Part shown: piece after piece, positions 22,680 through 36,285 of the stretch | Position numbering within the stretch: the first letter of the stretch is position 1 | Layout: every line of letters starts with the position of its first letter | Source of the DNA: Zootoca vivipara | Lineage: Eukaryota | Assembly (NCBI RefSeq): GCF_963506605.1 | Contig: NC_083281.1 | Span: forward strand, 26,784,001-26,848,000 | Reading direction: 5' to 3' | Length of the DNA: 64,000 nt | Notes under the pieces: generated by a model | What the model was told of the DNA's origin: nothing | Seen by the model: only the letters and a program-made list of their open reading frames with translations | Database searches by the model: none | Translations under genes and position numbers: made by a program

Positions 22680-23400
22680 CGCTGCTTCTGCGGTCCCTGT
22701 CAGCTGGCCAGGAGAAATAGGGGTGCCCCGCAGTGGTGAACTTGGTTGCCTGGGGTGGCATCCCCTGGGGGCAGGGCGTCGCTCTGCAGCGTGCATGAGT
22801 CCTGGCGCATGCGCCGCGATGTCACGACACACGCCGCGTGCACCAGAATGAACAGTGCATGCACAGTCTGTCCAGGCTGGTGCTGCTGCTCCCGTGGCAA
22901 CCTTACAATCCGCCAAGCAAGCAGCAACTCATAAGGCTGCCATGTGCTAACAGCGCACGTAAGGCTACCCCATCCGTGCTGCTTTTCACACGCGGCAGCC
23001 TTAAGAGTTGCCGCTCATAAGGTTGCTGCAGGAGCAGCAGCAGCAGCCCAGATGGACTGCACATGCACAGTCCGTCCGGGTTGGTGCAGCTGCTCTGCTC
23101 GGCCGGCGCGCTCTGCTCCTTCCTGCTCAGGCGGAGGAGGTGAAGGGCAGGCCAGGGAGGGGTGTCAGCTGCCGCCGCTGACATCCCTCTCTGGCCCGCA
23201 CCTTGCTTCTGCCCGAGCAGGAAGCAGCAGAGCGTGCTACGGAGCGGGTTGCCGGCACAACATTGGGGCGTCTCCGCGATGGCAGTCGCGCCATGGCGGC
23301 CGTCGTCGGTGGAGGGTGGGGAGGGCCCGGGGGCACTGCCCCCCCCGAGTGCTGCCCGGGGTGCCCCGCCCCCATCGCCCCTCCCTTGCTACGCACATGG
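22680..23400. repeat. GC-rich repeat with internal duplications, probably a non-autonomous DNA element
   Basis: Repeated GGTGCAGCTGCTC and GCCGCTGACATCCC blocks; GCTACGC end shared with 47140-47425. Confidence 0.45.
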
Positions 23401-24049
23401 TGCCCTGGATCAACTCAGAAGCCGTAACGGCTTTAGAAATTCCTGCGCCATCCAGGAAAATTGTGACACTTGAAGAGTACATACCCTCCAGATGTCTCTA
23501 TTTTCCAGGGACAGTCCCAGATTTACAGAAGTTTCTGTAAATTTCCCAGTTTATTATTTGAACTTGGAATGTCCCACTTTTCCTTAGGATGTCCCTATTT
23601 TCATCAGAAAAACGTTGGATTGTATCATAGGATGTCCCTGTTTTCATTGGGGAAATGTTGGAGCGTATGGAGTTACCCAACCCTTTTTTTAAAAAAAAAC
23701 TTTTTTTAAAAAAAGTTTAATGTTATATTATGTCTTTATGTTGTAGGCCACCTACAGTGGCTGGGGCAACCCAGTCAGATGGGCGGGGTATAACAATAAT
23801 AATAATGAGGCTCAGAGCGGCTAACATCATATTAATAACACAATATAAATAAAAACAAGCAATCAATCGATTAAAATGCACCCCAAAATTAATTCAAATA
23901 AATTATAATTATAGTTAAACAAATGGCAGTCCTCAGGTTAAATTGAAAGCAGTTAATACTTGCCAGGACCAACTGTTTCCACTGATGTTAAAGGACCTGT
24001 GAGCAGGCTGCGGAACCTCCTTCGTGCTTGTTCTTATACAAAGAGAAAA

Positions 24050-24360
24050 TGAGTCAGACTAAAGCCTGGCCAAAGGCCTGGCGGAACAGCTCCATCTTGC
24101 AGGCCCTGCGAAAAGATGTCAAATCTATTATGGCATAGGTTGTCCCCATTTTCATCAGAGGAATGTTGGAGAGCCTCAAGTGACAGCAAAGGATCCAGAA
24201 GTACCCCAAGCTACCTATCTGCTCCTTCAGAGGGAGGGTGACCCCATCAAGAGCAGACCACCTTCCGTCCATCCAGTCTTGGGAACCATCTACCAACAGG
24301 GCCTCTGTCTTATCAGGACTGAGCTTCAGCTTCTTCGCCCTAACCCAGTCCAAAACTGAG
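24050..24360 (-). mobile_element. L2 RT fragment
   Basis: WVRAKKLKLSPDKTEALLV. Confidence 0.75.
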
Positions 24361-26685
24361 GCAAGTCCAGTACATCCATTTCACTTATATATGGTGAAAA
24401 AGGAAAACACTTGACATAAAACAACGTAGAAAAGTCATAAGAAAATACTCACAGAATAAAACTTCTGTTGGGCTGCAGCCAATGTTTTCGTCCTACTCAG
24501 CATAGAAATTAAATGGACATGGCTAACACTGGTTGATCAGTAGGTCTACTCTTGAGCAAAACCTATTTAGGTACAACCTATTATGTCTTTTAAGTCGGCA
24601 GAACAAAATGTATCAAGACAGGGATAAAACCAGCTGTTTTAAAAGGCAAGTGTTCATTTTACGTGTAATAAGATAATGTGCATGGTGGAAAGGGAATTAT
24701 TGGTTGGTTGGTTTTTGTTGACTTTATATTTTGTGTTTTCGTTTTGTATTTTTATGCTGTGAACCACCCTGCGATCTTCGTGTGAAGGGTGGTATACAAA
24801 TTTAATTAACTAATAATAATGTCGGCTGCCTGATCCCTTATATCCCAGCCCAATGACTGAGATCTTTAAGGGATTCTCTATTGGTGATCCCCTATGGTTT
24901 AGATGTACACAAGGCATTACCTCCTTTTCTTTCACATAGGAGGAGACGCCTCTCCTGAGATGGTGCCTGTTGTGACACGTATGAAAACAAATGAAGTATG
25001 CTTCTTGCTTCAGAAACAATGGCTGGCACCGTAAGGTAAAGGAGCCCAGGGCAATACTGGTGTTCTGCTGATATGTTTGCACACAAACTGAAAAGTCCCC
25101 AGTGCTCCCTGTTCCAAAGGAAACCAACTCTGGGTCTGTAGTGATAAGCCTGGAATTCTGCAACACTCAGGAGAGTATGGAATGCCCCACTATGTTATGG
25201 CTATGAGATTTCTGCAGCATTTTCAAGCTCTGTCCTCAAGCTCAACCATGTCTCCTGGAAGACATGGCTTATCTGCTTGGAACTGCTTCAACCCTCCTAT
25301 GTCAGTCATCCCCAACCTGGCATCTTCCAACTCCTATCAGCCCCAGCCAGTCTGGCCAATGGTCAGGGATGATGGGAGTCGTAGTCCAAAACGTTGAGAG
25401 GTCCTCATCAGGCTGGGGGAGCTTGTCCTAGGTAGAACTAACTGTATTGTTTCAGGGCACAATTAACTTTTCTGTGTGAAAACCAGTGTAGAATCTGGAA
25501 GTGCAAAGACCCTTTGTAGAGCATCACGGAACATTGGGTGGAAACTGCAGGAGAGCAGAGAGCTGTTGCATTCAGTTCTTGCTTCCAGGTTTCCCATAAG
25601 CATCTGTTTGGCCATTGTGAGAACAGGATGCTGGACTAGATGGGCCACAGGCCTGACCAGAAGGTTCTTCTTATGTTCTTAATAATTAAGTGCCTTTGGA
25701 TTCTTAAAAGTTTTGAGGAGAAAATGGACCCAGAGATTTGGAACTTGGAAGACAAGGCCTTTCACTTCCACATCTAAACAGCCGGTGCCAAGCTTATTTA
25801 CAAGGCCAAATGTTTTTCCTTGCGTCACCCAGGACCATATTACATTGTCCCCTTGCATATCTGGGTGTGGTTTCAGAGATGGGACAATAACCAGGATTGC
25901 TGAGGGAAAAACAAGACAGGATGTTTCTGTCTCCTGACAAAGCCCATTGTATGGTGGATGCTTTATTTATCTCTGCTGTCCTCTGCTCTGATGTTTACCA
26001 TGCACAGAGATGCAGATAATGGTTTTCCAACCTGTCTTTGCATCCAAGCCTGAAAGGGGCCCCTCCTCACCACCTGGGAGGGATGAGACCGCAGGCCTGC
26101 ATCATAGTAATCTCCCATTGTTTTCTGCGCCTTCATTCCAAATAGCACGTTCCCTAAGGGTTCCCTGTGGAATTATCCTGCGTCTATCCCAGTGGGGAGG
26201 GATTTTTACCCCTGAAGTGAAAACACTCGTAAGTTCAGCATGCAGCCCAACCTACTCTAGCAAAACATTCCCACCTTTAAAGCAAGTTTACAGCTACACT
26301 TTAAGCAAAAGAACAATAATAGTCCCTATTTATGCTGGGGGGGGGGCATTTGTGTCCAGACAAAAGAAGGGAGGGCAAGTTGCTAGGCATGTATGCCTAA
26401 TGGGTTGCATACCCTCCAACATTTCTCTGATGAAAATAGGGATATTCCATTCCATAATAATAATTTTATTATTTATACCCAACACATCTTACTGGGTTGC
26501 CCCAGCCACTCTGGGTGGCTTCCAATGTATGTATTTATTTTATTTTATTTATTGAATTTATTGAATTTATATACCGCCCTATACCTGGGGGTCTCAGGGC
26601 AGTTCACAGAAAAGATCACAATATATAAAATCAAAGTAAGAACAATAGCTCAATAACATCCCCCCAAAAAGAGCTACATTTTAAA

Positions 26686-26950
26686 AAGGTAAAGGACCCC
26701 TGACAGTGAAGTCCAGTCACGAACGACTCTGGGGTTTCAGCGCTCATCTCGCTTTACTGACCGAGGGAGCCGATGTTTGTCCGCAGTTCATGTGGCCAGC
26801 ATGACTAAGCCGCTTCTGGCAAAACCAGAACAGTGCATGGAAACGCCGTTTACCTTCCCACCAGAGCGGTACATATTTATCTACTTGCACTATGACATGC
26901 TTTCAAACTGCTAGGTTGGCAGGAGCTGAGACAGAGCAACGGGAGCTCAC
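26686..26950 (-). mobile_element. Sauria SINE (5'-truncated)
   Basis: Reverse complement of SINE core and tail. Confidence 0.8.
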
Positions 26951-27394
26951 TTACAGGTGTATAATGAAGGCACCAGGTGAACTTCCCTGGGGAGAGCATT
27001 CCACAAACAGGGAGCCACTGCAGAGAAGGCCCGTTTATATAAAAGCATAATAAAACATTAAACATTTTTTTTAAACTTCCCTAAACAGGGCTGCCTTTAG
27101 ATGCCCCAGGGGTTGGACAACTCTATACCTTTCAATATTTGTCCAATGAAAATAAGGGCATTTTACCATACCCTCCAACATTTCTCCAATGACAATAGGG
27201 ACACCCTAAGGAAATGTGGGACATTCCAGGATCAAATCAGAAACTGGGACGGCTTCTCTAAATCAGGGACATCCCTGGAAAATAGAGGCACTTGGAGGGT
27301 CTGGGGTTGCGCCAGTTCACTCTTAGATGTAGTGATAGCTACCAACTTGTGTGGTTGAAAGAAAAAATTACTTAGAGGAAACTATGACCACCAA

Positions 27395-27630
27395 TACTTT
27401 GGCCACCTCATGAGAAGAGAAGACTCCCTGGAAAAGACCCTGATGTTGGGAAAGATTGAGGGCACTAGGAGAAGGGGACAACAGAGGACGAGATGGTTGG
27501 ACAGTGTTCTCGAAGCTACAAACATGAGTTTGACCAAACTGCGGGAGGCAGTGCAAGAAAGGAGTGCCTGGCGTGCTATGGTCCATGGGGTCACGAAGAG
27601 TCGGACACGACTAAACAACTAAACAACAAC
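27395..27630 (+). mobile_element. BovB 3' fragment
   Basis: RTE C-terminal ORF; TSD ATGACCACCAA. Confidence 0.9.
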
Positions 27631-28207
27631 ATGACCACCAAAGTGGTATAATGATGCTTTAAATGTATGCTGTAGATGAGGCTTGATAAGATGAGGGAAG
27701 AGCTTGCGAAATTTTGTGTACCTTTCCTTAGTTTCATATACTACTCTTCAGTGCATAATTAAAAAGAAAGAAGACTAAAGAACTACCATTCGTACTAACT
27801 ATTGTTATTTTTGAAGAAGGGGATTGGAAGCCTCTCGGCCTGACAGGAAATCAAAGAGTTGGGGACAGCAAATGAAATGTTTGTGCCATAGATGTGCACA
27901 GTAGTGGGAAAGGAGGGGGAATTGGTTAAAAGAAAGCCATCCCTGTTAAAATGGTGTTCAAAAAGATAGTTCAGGACAGGGAAGAGAGCTTAAAGGGTTT
28001 GGCAGGCATCACTCTCAGTCTATACAGTTCAGTGAAGAGAAAAGTGGATTGATTGAAGACGAAAAGTTAGGACTGACCAGAAATTTATCAGGAAACATTG
28101 AAATATCAACTTCCTCTCCATTGCATTAAGATTAAAAAAATGGGCCCTGTTAATCTCACTACAGCCTGATGGTGAAATTCAGGTGAGCTTTTTAACTAGC
28201 AGCACTA

Positions 28208-28276
28208 CAACAATACAATACAATACAATACAATACAATACAATACAATACAATACAATACAATACAATACAATAC
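28208..28276. repeat. (ATACA)n microsatellite
   Basis: Direct reading. Confidence 0.9.
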
Positions 28277-28638
28277 CTCGGCTTACAAACACACTTGGTT
28301 CCGGAAGTCCACTCTTAACCTGAAGCGTACTTAACCTGAAGTGAACTTTCCCATTGAAAGTAATGGAAAGTGTATTAATTCGTTCCAGACGGTCCGTGGA
28401 GTACTTAAACTGAAGCGCACTTAACCTGAAGCGAACTTTCCCATTGAAAGTAATGGAAAGTGGATTAATCTGTTCCAGACGGGTCCTCAGAGTACTCAAC
28501 CTGAAGCGTACTTAACCTGAAGCAAACTTTCCCAATGAAAGTAATGGAAAGTGGAATAATCCGTTCCAGACAGGTCCACGGAGTACTTAAACTGAAAATA
28601 CTCAAACCGAGGCGTACTTAAACTGAGGTATGACTGTA
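28272..28638. mobile_element. Tigger-like MITE with internal 90-bp tandem units
   Basis: Same family as 41064-41580; adjoins (ATACA)n. Confidence 0.75.
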
Positions 28639-31630
28639 CAATACAATAATAGGCTCCATCTATACTGGCATTCCGTCCATTTTTGCAGATGCACCTGTTT
28701 ACATAGGCATTCCCTTGATCTCTCAACCCAAGTCTTCTGTTGCAATGTTGCTTTAATAGAATTAGTTGCTGCATGTTTTAATTGCATGTGCAGGGATTGT
28801 TTTGTGGTGTATTTTAAGTATGGATGATTATGTTTTATTTTTTAAAAAATACTTTTTATTAAATTTTCCAATTAAAACACAATTCAATTATTTCAATTAT
28901 ATCCAATTATACACATACATATCAATTAAGCCAAATATTATGCCAAATCATTAAAAAAAAATAGGCTTCCCATGCTTCAATGTCTGGGAATTCTAGATAA
29001 CTATTCGCACTGCCGGTTTAGCGCAGCACACGGGGTCTCGCCAAGCGGGCGGCTCGTGAACCGGTTAAACGACCCCTGTGGGCCGCTTGTGGCCCATGGG
29101 CCTTAGGTTGCCTACCCCTGTTTTAAACGTTGTGTAATTGGCTTTGGTATTTTATGAACCGCTTAGAAGCCTACTTTGCCACTTAGTAGCAAGCTGTTGT
29201 TGCTAGTTCTTTTTTTTTCCAGGCTTCCCACAAAGTGTGGTTTGATCGCCTGCTGAAGACAGCAATAGCTGTGACCTTTGCATCTTTCTGTTCTCCCTTA
29301 GCCCACTGCTTCCTTCATGCACTGAGGCAAACTAACATTTCATTCGAGCCAAAATTTCCCAGAAGGGACTTTTCTGGGGATTTTCTTTTCCCCCTGCCCA
29401 CCCATAAACTGTTGGAGATTTCCACCTCTCTCCAGAGAATATCATAGGAAGGTAGGAAGCTGCCTTAAACCAAGTCAGGTCATTCAGTTTGACCCCAGTA
29501 GGTTTGCAAACTTTTCTCTCCCCGGAAGAGGGGCAGAAGTTCAACTGCTGCAGCTTGTTCCCTGTCGAATTCCAAGGCATACGTGCCTCCACCACAACCC
29601 TGGCCCCTCTTTGCCAGCTTCCTCGCTCCTAAAACACTCGTGTTTGTGTGAGGGGGTTTGTCAGATCTCTTTCCACAGTTCCGTTTAGTGCTGCAGCTAA
29701 AAATAACAGTCCTGGAAGCCTTCCCATTTCCTGTGAAGCTGCACCCCCCCTTTTCAGCCCCTTCCTCTAAACTGCTTCCCTCTTTGCAATGATAGCTCTG
29801 TTGTGAGCCAGTAAAGTCTTCTGGGAAAGAGAATACAGAGTCAGAGGTGATCATGTAAACTGTTTAGCTTCAGTGTCTCTCTTTGGGGGAGACAAGGTGA
29901 CTGACAGATCAGGAAGTGAGATCTAGCAGTCAGAGGTGAGGTGGGGCTGATCTGCAATGGAATTGCATCTTGGAAAAGGGGGGGGGGAAGTAAAGTGGAT
30001 GAAGCCTAGGAGTCAGGGAGGGTCCTAAGTTTTATTTCAGGCTCCAGCGTCATGCAGAAACATGACAGTTGTCACCTGGCATCTGTCCAAGCCAGACAAT
30101 GTTCCCTGGCTTGCGGCCAGCTTTATGTTCCTCAAAGAAGAAACACAAACACACACACACCAATCTCCAGGATCCAGCTATTAATGCTTGACTTCTGCTT
30201 GTTGGAAGTGCCAACAGCAGAGATCATCCCATCTCTAACTAAAGGGTTAGTGTTAAAGTCAACTAGCCAAGAAGGGTACAGGTGGAAATGTTGCTTAGCA
30301 ACCAGACCGAGTGGCATGATGTTTGCTGAGACAATACACACCCTGATTGGCCATGTAGTTTGGAGGTAGTTTTCCTCTACATGTTTGATTCAATGTCTCC
30401 CTGCTATGCAAAAGGCCTGAAATAAAAAATTAAAAAGCCTCTCTGTTTATTTCTCCTAAAATTATACACTGCTTTTGTTCATTTTCCTCCCTAAAGTGTG
30501 AGCAACATTTATTTTCTCTCTGGACTCAGCATTATTTATGTGACTCTTGCAAGCACTGCTGTGGTCTTCCTTCTGTCCATAAATCCTCAGCAAATGGGGG
30601 TGTTGGGGTGGGCAAGATCCCTCTTCCGGAGCCGATATTTGTCTTTCAAGAATCCCCCGTTGGCCAAATGGGCATCTCATTCAAAAGCACAGAGAGGTTT
30701 CAGTCTATGAAGAGACCAAACATTTCCTACCCTAATGGCTAGCTCACTGTGATGAGACTTCAGTCCTATCACCCTGGGCTATGAATGTACAATCCACCTT
30801 GCAAAGAAATGCTGAGCTAACAGCCTTAAGGATCGAGCATAACTTATTCTAGTGACTATCTTCTTTCTAAAGTAACTCTGCATGCATATGAGAGGGCAGG
30901 AAAGTCTTTAGGGTAAACACTCCCTAGCATAGCATGAGAGTTGAAACAATCCTCTAAACCACAACAGCCAGAAGATAGCATATGTGTACTTCCTTCTTTC
31001 TCATGAACACACTATTATTATTATTTTTAATTCCTTTCTTATGACAGGGGAACTGAAAATGGCAAAACATTTGTGCAAAATGTCCATTTATCAGCCAGAT
31101 TCAAAATCTGGTATGACCCGGGTCTTCTCTGTAAAGCAGAGGTCCAGGGGTTCAAATAACCCTTCATTTCCACATCAGAGGATATTTCAGCTTGTGTGCT
31201 ACACGCACTGCAGCCCAGCCACCTTCCTCTTCGTGTTGTAAGCCCACATCCCATTTTTATTGGTTTGGTCTGTTGCATGAGTTGGTGGCTCAGGGTGGTT
31301 GAATGCAAACGTTGCAAAGTTAATGAAAGAAACAGTTGCGAAAGAATCAGAGAAAAACCCAGACAGGAGTTAATTCTAGAATGGGATAACTTCAAGTACT
31401 ACTTGAAAAATAGTTGTAATATAAGCACAGTAGTTGCCTTTGAATGATTTCTGTAAATGACATACATAAAGGAAAATGACATCAAAATAGAAAAGAGAAT
31501 TTTTACAAATAATAATGACAAATTAAAGTAATATGTTTATCACAAAGGGAAACGTGGAGAGAATGGGAGGACTTATGTTTGGGTAGAAAACGCATAGTTG
31601 AAATTATATGTAATTTTCTTTGTGAACATA

Positions 31631-32008
31631 CAGGTGAAACTCGGAAAATTAGAATATTGTCGAAAAGTGCATTTATTTCAGTAATGCAACTTAAAAGGTG
31701 AAACCAATATATGAGATAGATGCATGACATGCAAAGCAAGATATGTCAAGCCTTTATTTGTTGTAATTGTAATTATTTGTCGTTAGGCGGGTCAATTCTA
31801 AATGGAATGTAATTAATGAAATGTAATACTGATGTTTATTTGTGTTTTGGTTTTTTTTTTTTGCATTATTGTAACTATTTGTTTTATTACTGTGGAATTT
31901 CCAAAAGAAAGCATTTGTAAAAATTAAAAGAAAAATTAAAAATAATAAGTTGCATTACTGAAATAAATGCACTTTTCGACGATATTCTAATTTTCTGAGT
32001 TTCACCTG
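31631..32008. mobile_element. Tc1/mariner-type MITE (same family as 11156-11507, opposite orientation)
   Basis: Same TIRs, TA TSD. Confidence 0.85.
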
Positions 32009-33388
32009 TACCTGTAGATATCCTTATTGGACTGACTGAAATGAAGATAGCTACGTGTTGTGTGTATATGAAAAATGATTAATAAAGCATTTTTAAAAGA
32101 AAGGGGGGGATAAACAGTTGCAACAGATGTGATTGGCCACTGTGGGAAACAACACTTTTGACTGGCTCAGCACCCATCGCACCATAAAGGCATGTGAGGA
32201 GAGAGGAGGCTGGAGCTCGGTGGTAGAGCTAGGGATGTGAGAAAAATGCATTCGGGTGAACCTACCGAATTCGCACTTCCTGAACCAAACCACAAGTGAA
32301 ACATGGTTCTCCTTGGAAAGTCCATCTGAATTTAGTGACCTACTTCTCCAACCAAAGAATGTGCACAAAAATGCATAGCTTCATTTTTAAAAGTACACAT
32401 TCTTAAAAAAAAGAAAAAAGAAAAGTGTATGCCGCTTAAAATTAGATACAATAAGGCATTCTATTAGGGAGGAATTGCTTGCAAAAATTGCATATATACT
32501 AGGCAAAATTAGGCAGAACGATGTGCATATTAGGAGTGTCAAGTTTGCCCTGCCTAAGATCCCAATTTCATCCCAAGATTTATCCTGTCCTCCCTCCTTT
32601 TTTGTCATCTTTTCTTGGCTCATTACTGGAGTCAACGACCCTTTTTCTTCCCTTTCTCTCTTCCCAGTTCCTCGGCCCTTGATAAAGTAAGGCAACCTCC
32701 TTCCCTTGTTCCCTGCCTCCCCTGCTTATTCCCTCCTACTTTAATAAAGTCTTTTCTTGCTTTCCTCCTTCTCCTTGTGCCTGTGCCTGCCATTCTCCCC
32801 CTCCAATCAATCCTGAAGATCAGCCATTCTGGCTGCAGCTGATGGGACAAAGCAGGCTTAGGGAACTGGGTTAGGGAAGACTGCAGTCAGAGTAGACAAT
32901 GCTAAGCTTGCTGGATCAATGGTTTCATTCTGTATAGGGCAGCTTCTTACTCCTCTTTAAAACCAGGAGACTGGGGCAATGTATATCCAGTCCATGAAGC
33001 AGTCTGGAGAATAGAGCTATCTTGGAAAGACCTAAATCAGCTAACCCTGCTGGAGAAGATTCTTGCCTGAATGTGTCTGATTGAAAATGATTCAGACATT
33101 GAATGGTGACAACACCATGCAAGGGCAAAAATTAAGATAAGGTTGCCAACTGCTCTGGAGAGAACAAAAGAGGCTTTGACATAGAAACCAGCAGGCTAAA
33201 TAAGATAATATACTTAGTATTATTAATTAGGAATGTGGTGAACCCATAAAGACATGATGAATAAGTTGTATTGGAAGAAATATGAGGATTAACTCTATTT
33301 GATTAATTGGGAAGATAGTGAAATAGAAATCTATGCAGGCACTGAACATGCACAGTCGATGGGAAAAGAGAGCAGATGGGAAAGTATT

Positions 33389-34687
33389 GTTGTTGTTGTT
33401 TAGTCGTTTAGTCGTGTCCGACTCTTCGTGACCCCATGGACCATAGCACGCCAGGCACTCCTGTCTTGCACTGCCTCCCGTAGTTTGGTCAAACTCATGT
33501 TCGTAGCTTCGAGAACACTGTCCAACCATCTTGTCCTCTGTCGTCCCCTTCTCCTAGTGCCCTCAATCTTTCCCAACATCAGGGTCTTTTCCAAGGATTC
33601 TTCTCTTCTCATGAGGTGGCCAAAGTATTGGAGCCTCAGCTTCACGATCTGTCCTTCCAGGGAGCACTCAGGGCTGATTTCCTTAAGAATTGATAGGTTT
33701 GATCTTCTAGCAGTCCATGGGACTCTCAAGAGTCTCCTCCAGCACCATAATTCAAAAGCATCAATTCTTCGGCGATCAGCCTTCTTTATGGTCCAGCTCT
33801 CACTTCCATTCATCACTACTGGGAAAACCATAGCTTTAACTATACGGACCTTCGTCGGCAAGGTGATGTCTCTGCTTTTTAAGATGCTGTCTAGGTTTGT
33901 CATTGCTTTTCTCCCAAGAAGCAGGCGTCTTTTAATTTCGTGACTGCTGTCACCATCTGCAGTGATCAAGGAGCCCAAGAAAGTAAAATCTCTCACTGCC
34001 TCCATTTCTTCCCCTTCTATTTGCCAGGAGGTGATGGGACCAGTGGCCATGATCTTGGTTTTTTTGATGTTGAGCTTCAGACCATATTTTGCGCTCTCCT
34101 CTTTCACCCTCATTAAAAGGTTCTTTAATTCCTCCTCACTTTCTGCCATCAAGGTTGTGTCATCTGCATATCTGAGGTTGTTGATATTTCTTCCGGCAAT
34201 CTTAATTCCTGCTTGGGATTCATCTAGTCCAGCCTTTCGCATGATGAATTCTGCATATAAGTTAAATAAGCAGGGAGACAATATACAACCTTGTCGTACT
34301 CCTTTCCCAATTTTGAACCAATCAGTTGTTCCATATCCAGTTCTAACTGTAGCTTCTTGTCCCACATAGAGATTTCTCAGGAGACAGATGAGGTGATCAG
34401 GCACTCCCATTTCTTTAAGAACTTGCCATAGTTTGCTGTGGTCGACACAGTCAAAGGCTTTTGCATAGTCAATGAAGCAGAAGTAGACGTTTTTCTGGAA
34501 CTCTCTAGCTTTCTCCATAATCCAGCGCATGTTTGCTATTTGGTCTCTGGTTCCTCTGCCCTTTCGAAATCCAGCTTGCACTTCTGGGAGTTCTCGGTCC
34601 ACATACTGCCTAAGCCTGCCTTGTAGAATTTTAAGCATGACCTTGCTAGCGTGTGAAATGAGCGCAATTGTGCGGTAGTTGGAGCAT
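33389..34687 (-). mobile_element. BovB LINE, 5'-truncated, with intact 412-aa RT ORF
   Basis: RT motifs FIDYAKAFD, GVRQGCILSP, LRYADD; 12-bp TSD TGGGAAAGTATT (33377-33388, 34688-34699). Confidence 0.97.
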
Positions 34688-35387
34688 TGGGAAAGTATTA
34701 GGAATTAAGAAAAAGTATTTTATTGTGAGCAGCAAAGGATGGAGGGGAAAAGACATCTTGAAACGGCAGGGGGAGAGTCAATCTTTAAATTTGTGTTCAC
34801 TTTGAATTAAGTTGTTGTTCATCTGTTAAAAATCTAGAAAATTAATTTAAAAATGTGCAAAAAACAAACAAACCTAGAAACCAGCAGGTGAAGATTTCTA
34901 TGGATGAACTCACACATGCTCACCTGCCAATTGCCACAAAGAGGCACATGAGCAGGCAAGCAGTTGAAGAGCCACGACCACACTAACCCAGCCGGTGCAT
35001 GTGAGATTTGAGGAAGAGGCTTCCAGGCCATTAACTGCAACACCCTTCCCCAACCTGGTGCCCACCATATGTCTGCATCTCCCATCACCCCAGACTATTG
35101 ACTATGCTGGCTTGGGCTGATAGGAGCTGTAGTTCAAAACATCTGGAAGGTATCAGGTTGGGGAAGGCTAGGCTAAGGGTGCCCAACTGGACTCATCCCT
35201 GCCATGCCTTGATTGAGAAATTAATCTCTTGCTGCTACATGTTTTCTTAACCTCACTGGTTAAACAAATCTCTGGTTGTTTATCTGGGCTAAGAGCCCAG
35301 CAAAAAGCGGAGGTTATGGGATATGGTGAAAGAAAGCTAAAGACAGCTCAGTCCTTCTGAGCTTTCCCCCCTCTTCCTTTAAAAATT

Positions 35388-35388
<1 letters not shown>

Positions 35389-35432
<44 letters not shown>
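35389..35432. repeat. (CA)n microsatellite
   Basis: Direct reading. Confidence 0.9.
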
Positions 35433-35433
<1 letters not shown>

Positions 35434-35569
35434 ACTAGTCCTTGGAAAGAAATGTGTCATTGTAAGTTATGAGCAGGTACTGGAGAAACCGCCTCAAACT
35501 TAGGTACACACCTTGTAAATACAGCATGAACTTGAATGTAAGACGTCTCCTCCTTGCAGAGGGGAGGGG

Positions 35570-36285
35570 TTGTGAAGGAGAGCTGTTTCCCGTGCGTTAG
35601 CCTATCCCCGCTGCCACGCCAAGCCTCTCAGCTGGCCAATAGGGCCGGCTGGGGGGCGGGGTCTGGCTGCATTTAAGCAGCCGCGACAGCGTTAGAGCTG
35701 CATTCGGCTTCTGCGCTTCATCAGATCTCCCGCCCGCCCTCCCTTTAGGTCTGTTCTATGCTTTTGACCTTGCTATGGACTTTTGTTGGTTGCCTTGGTT
35801 GCCCAAGGGGCCTGGTAGGACTTTTTATCCATTTGGCTAATTGGCACCAGCCTCTTGGTTTTTCGCCTACCTCGTAGCAATTTGTCACAACTTTATGGTA
35901 TTGGTGATTAGGGATTGGAATATGTATATGTCTTCTGTGTTGGAGGACAGGTTGTGGCCATCATCCAACCCCTCGTCTTTTGGGCATCCCGTTAAAGGGA
36001 TCCGGCGGTCGTGGATCCTGTCCGATGCCCTGCTGGTGGCTAGGGCTATGGCACGACCCCCGGTGACGTCAGGGGAAGCTTCCAGTTGTATTTGCATCAA
36101 CAAGCTCCTCCCACTGCTTGTTAACCCCAAATGACTCCCCGCTGAGCAAGGTGGAGTCATGCTTGCTTGTGTTATCCAATGCCTAAGCCAATACCACTCA
36201 CTTGCTGTAAGCAATAAACCTAAATTCATGTGTCACTGTGTCTTATTTCACTCTATGCGGGTGGCAGGTCCTCGAATCGCAAACA
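35570..36285 (+). mobile_element. Solo LTR-like or DIRS/Ngaro-like terminal repeat
   Basis: CpG-rich block with CCAAT, GC box, TATA-like ATTTAAG and AATAAA in LTR order; TSD not convincing. Confidence 0.5.

Noticed and set aside
22614-23540. Long GC-rich ORFs / apparent CpG island
   Set aside because: Internal repeats and ends shared with 47140-47425 suggest a TE; no recognisable protein
24810-25166. 118-aa minus ORF as a possible decayed Ig exon
   Set aside because: No Ig C-W-C spacing and no NCAM similarity
29222-29854. Exon-like acceptors and ORFs, one faintly dispanin-like (TAIAVTFASFCSPL)
   Set aside because: Lacks the PD(Y/H)L and CC motifs and has no matching donor; similarity is at chance level
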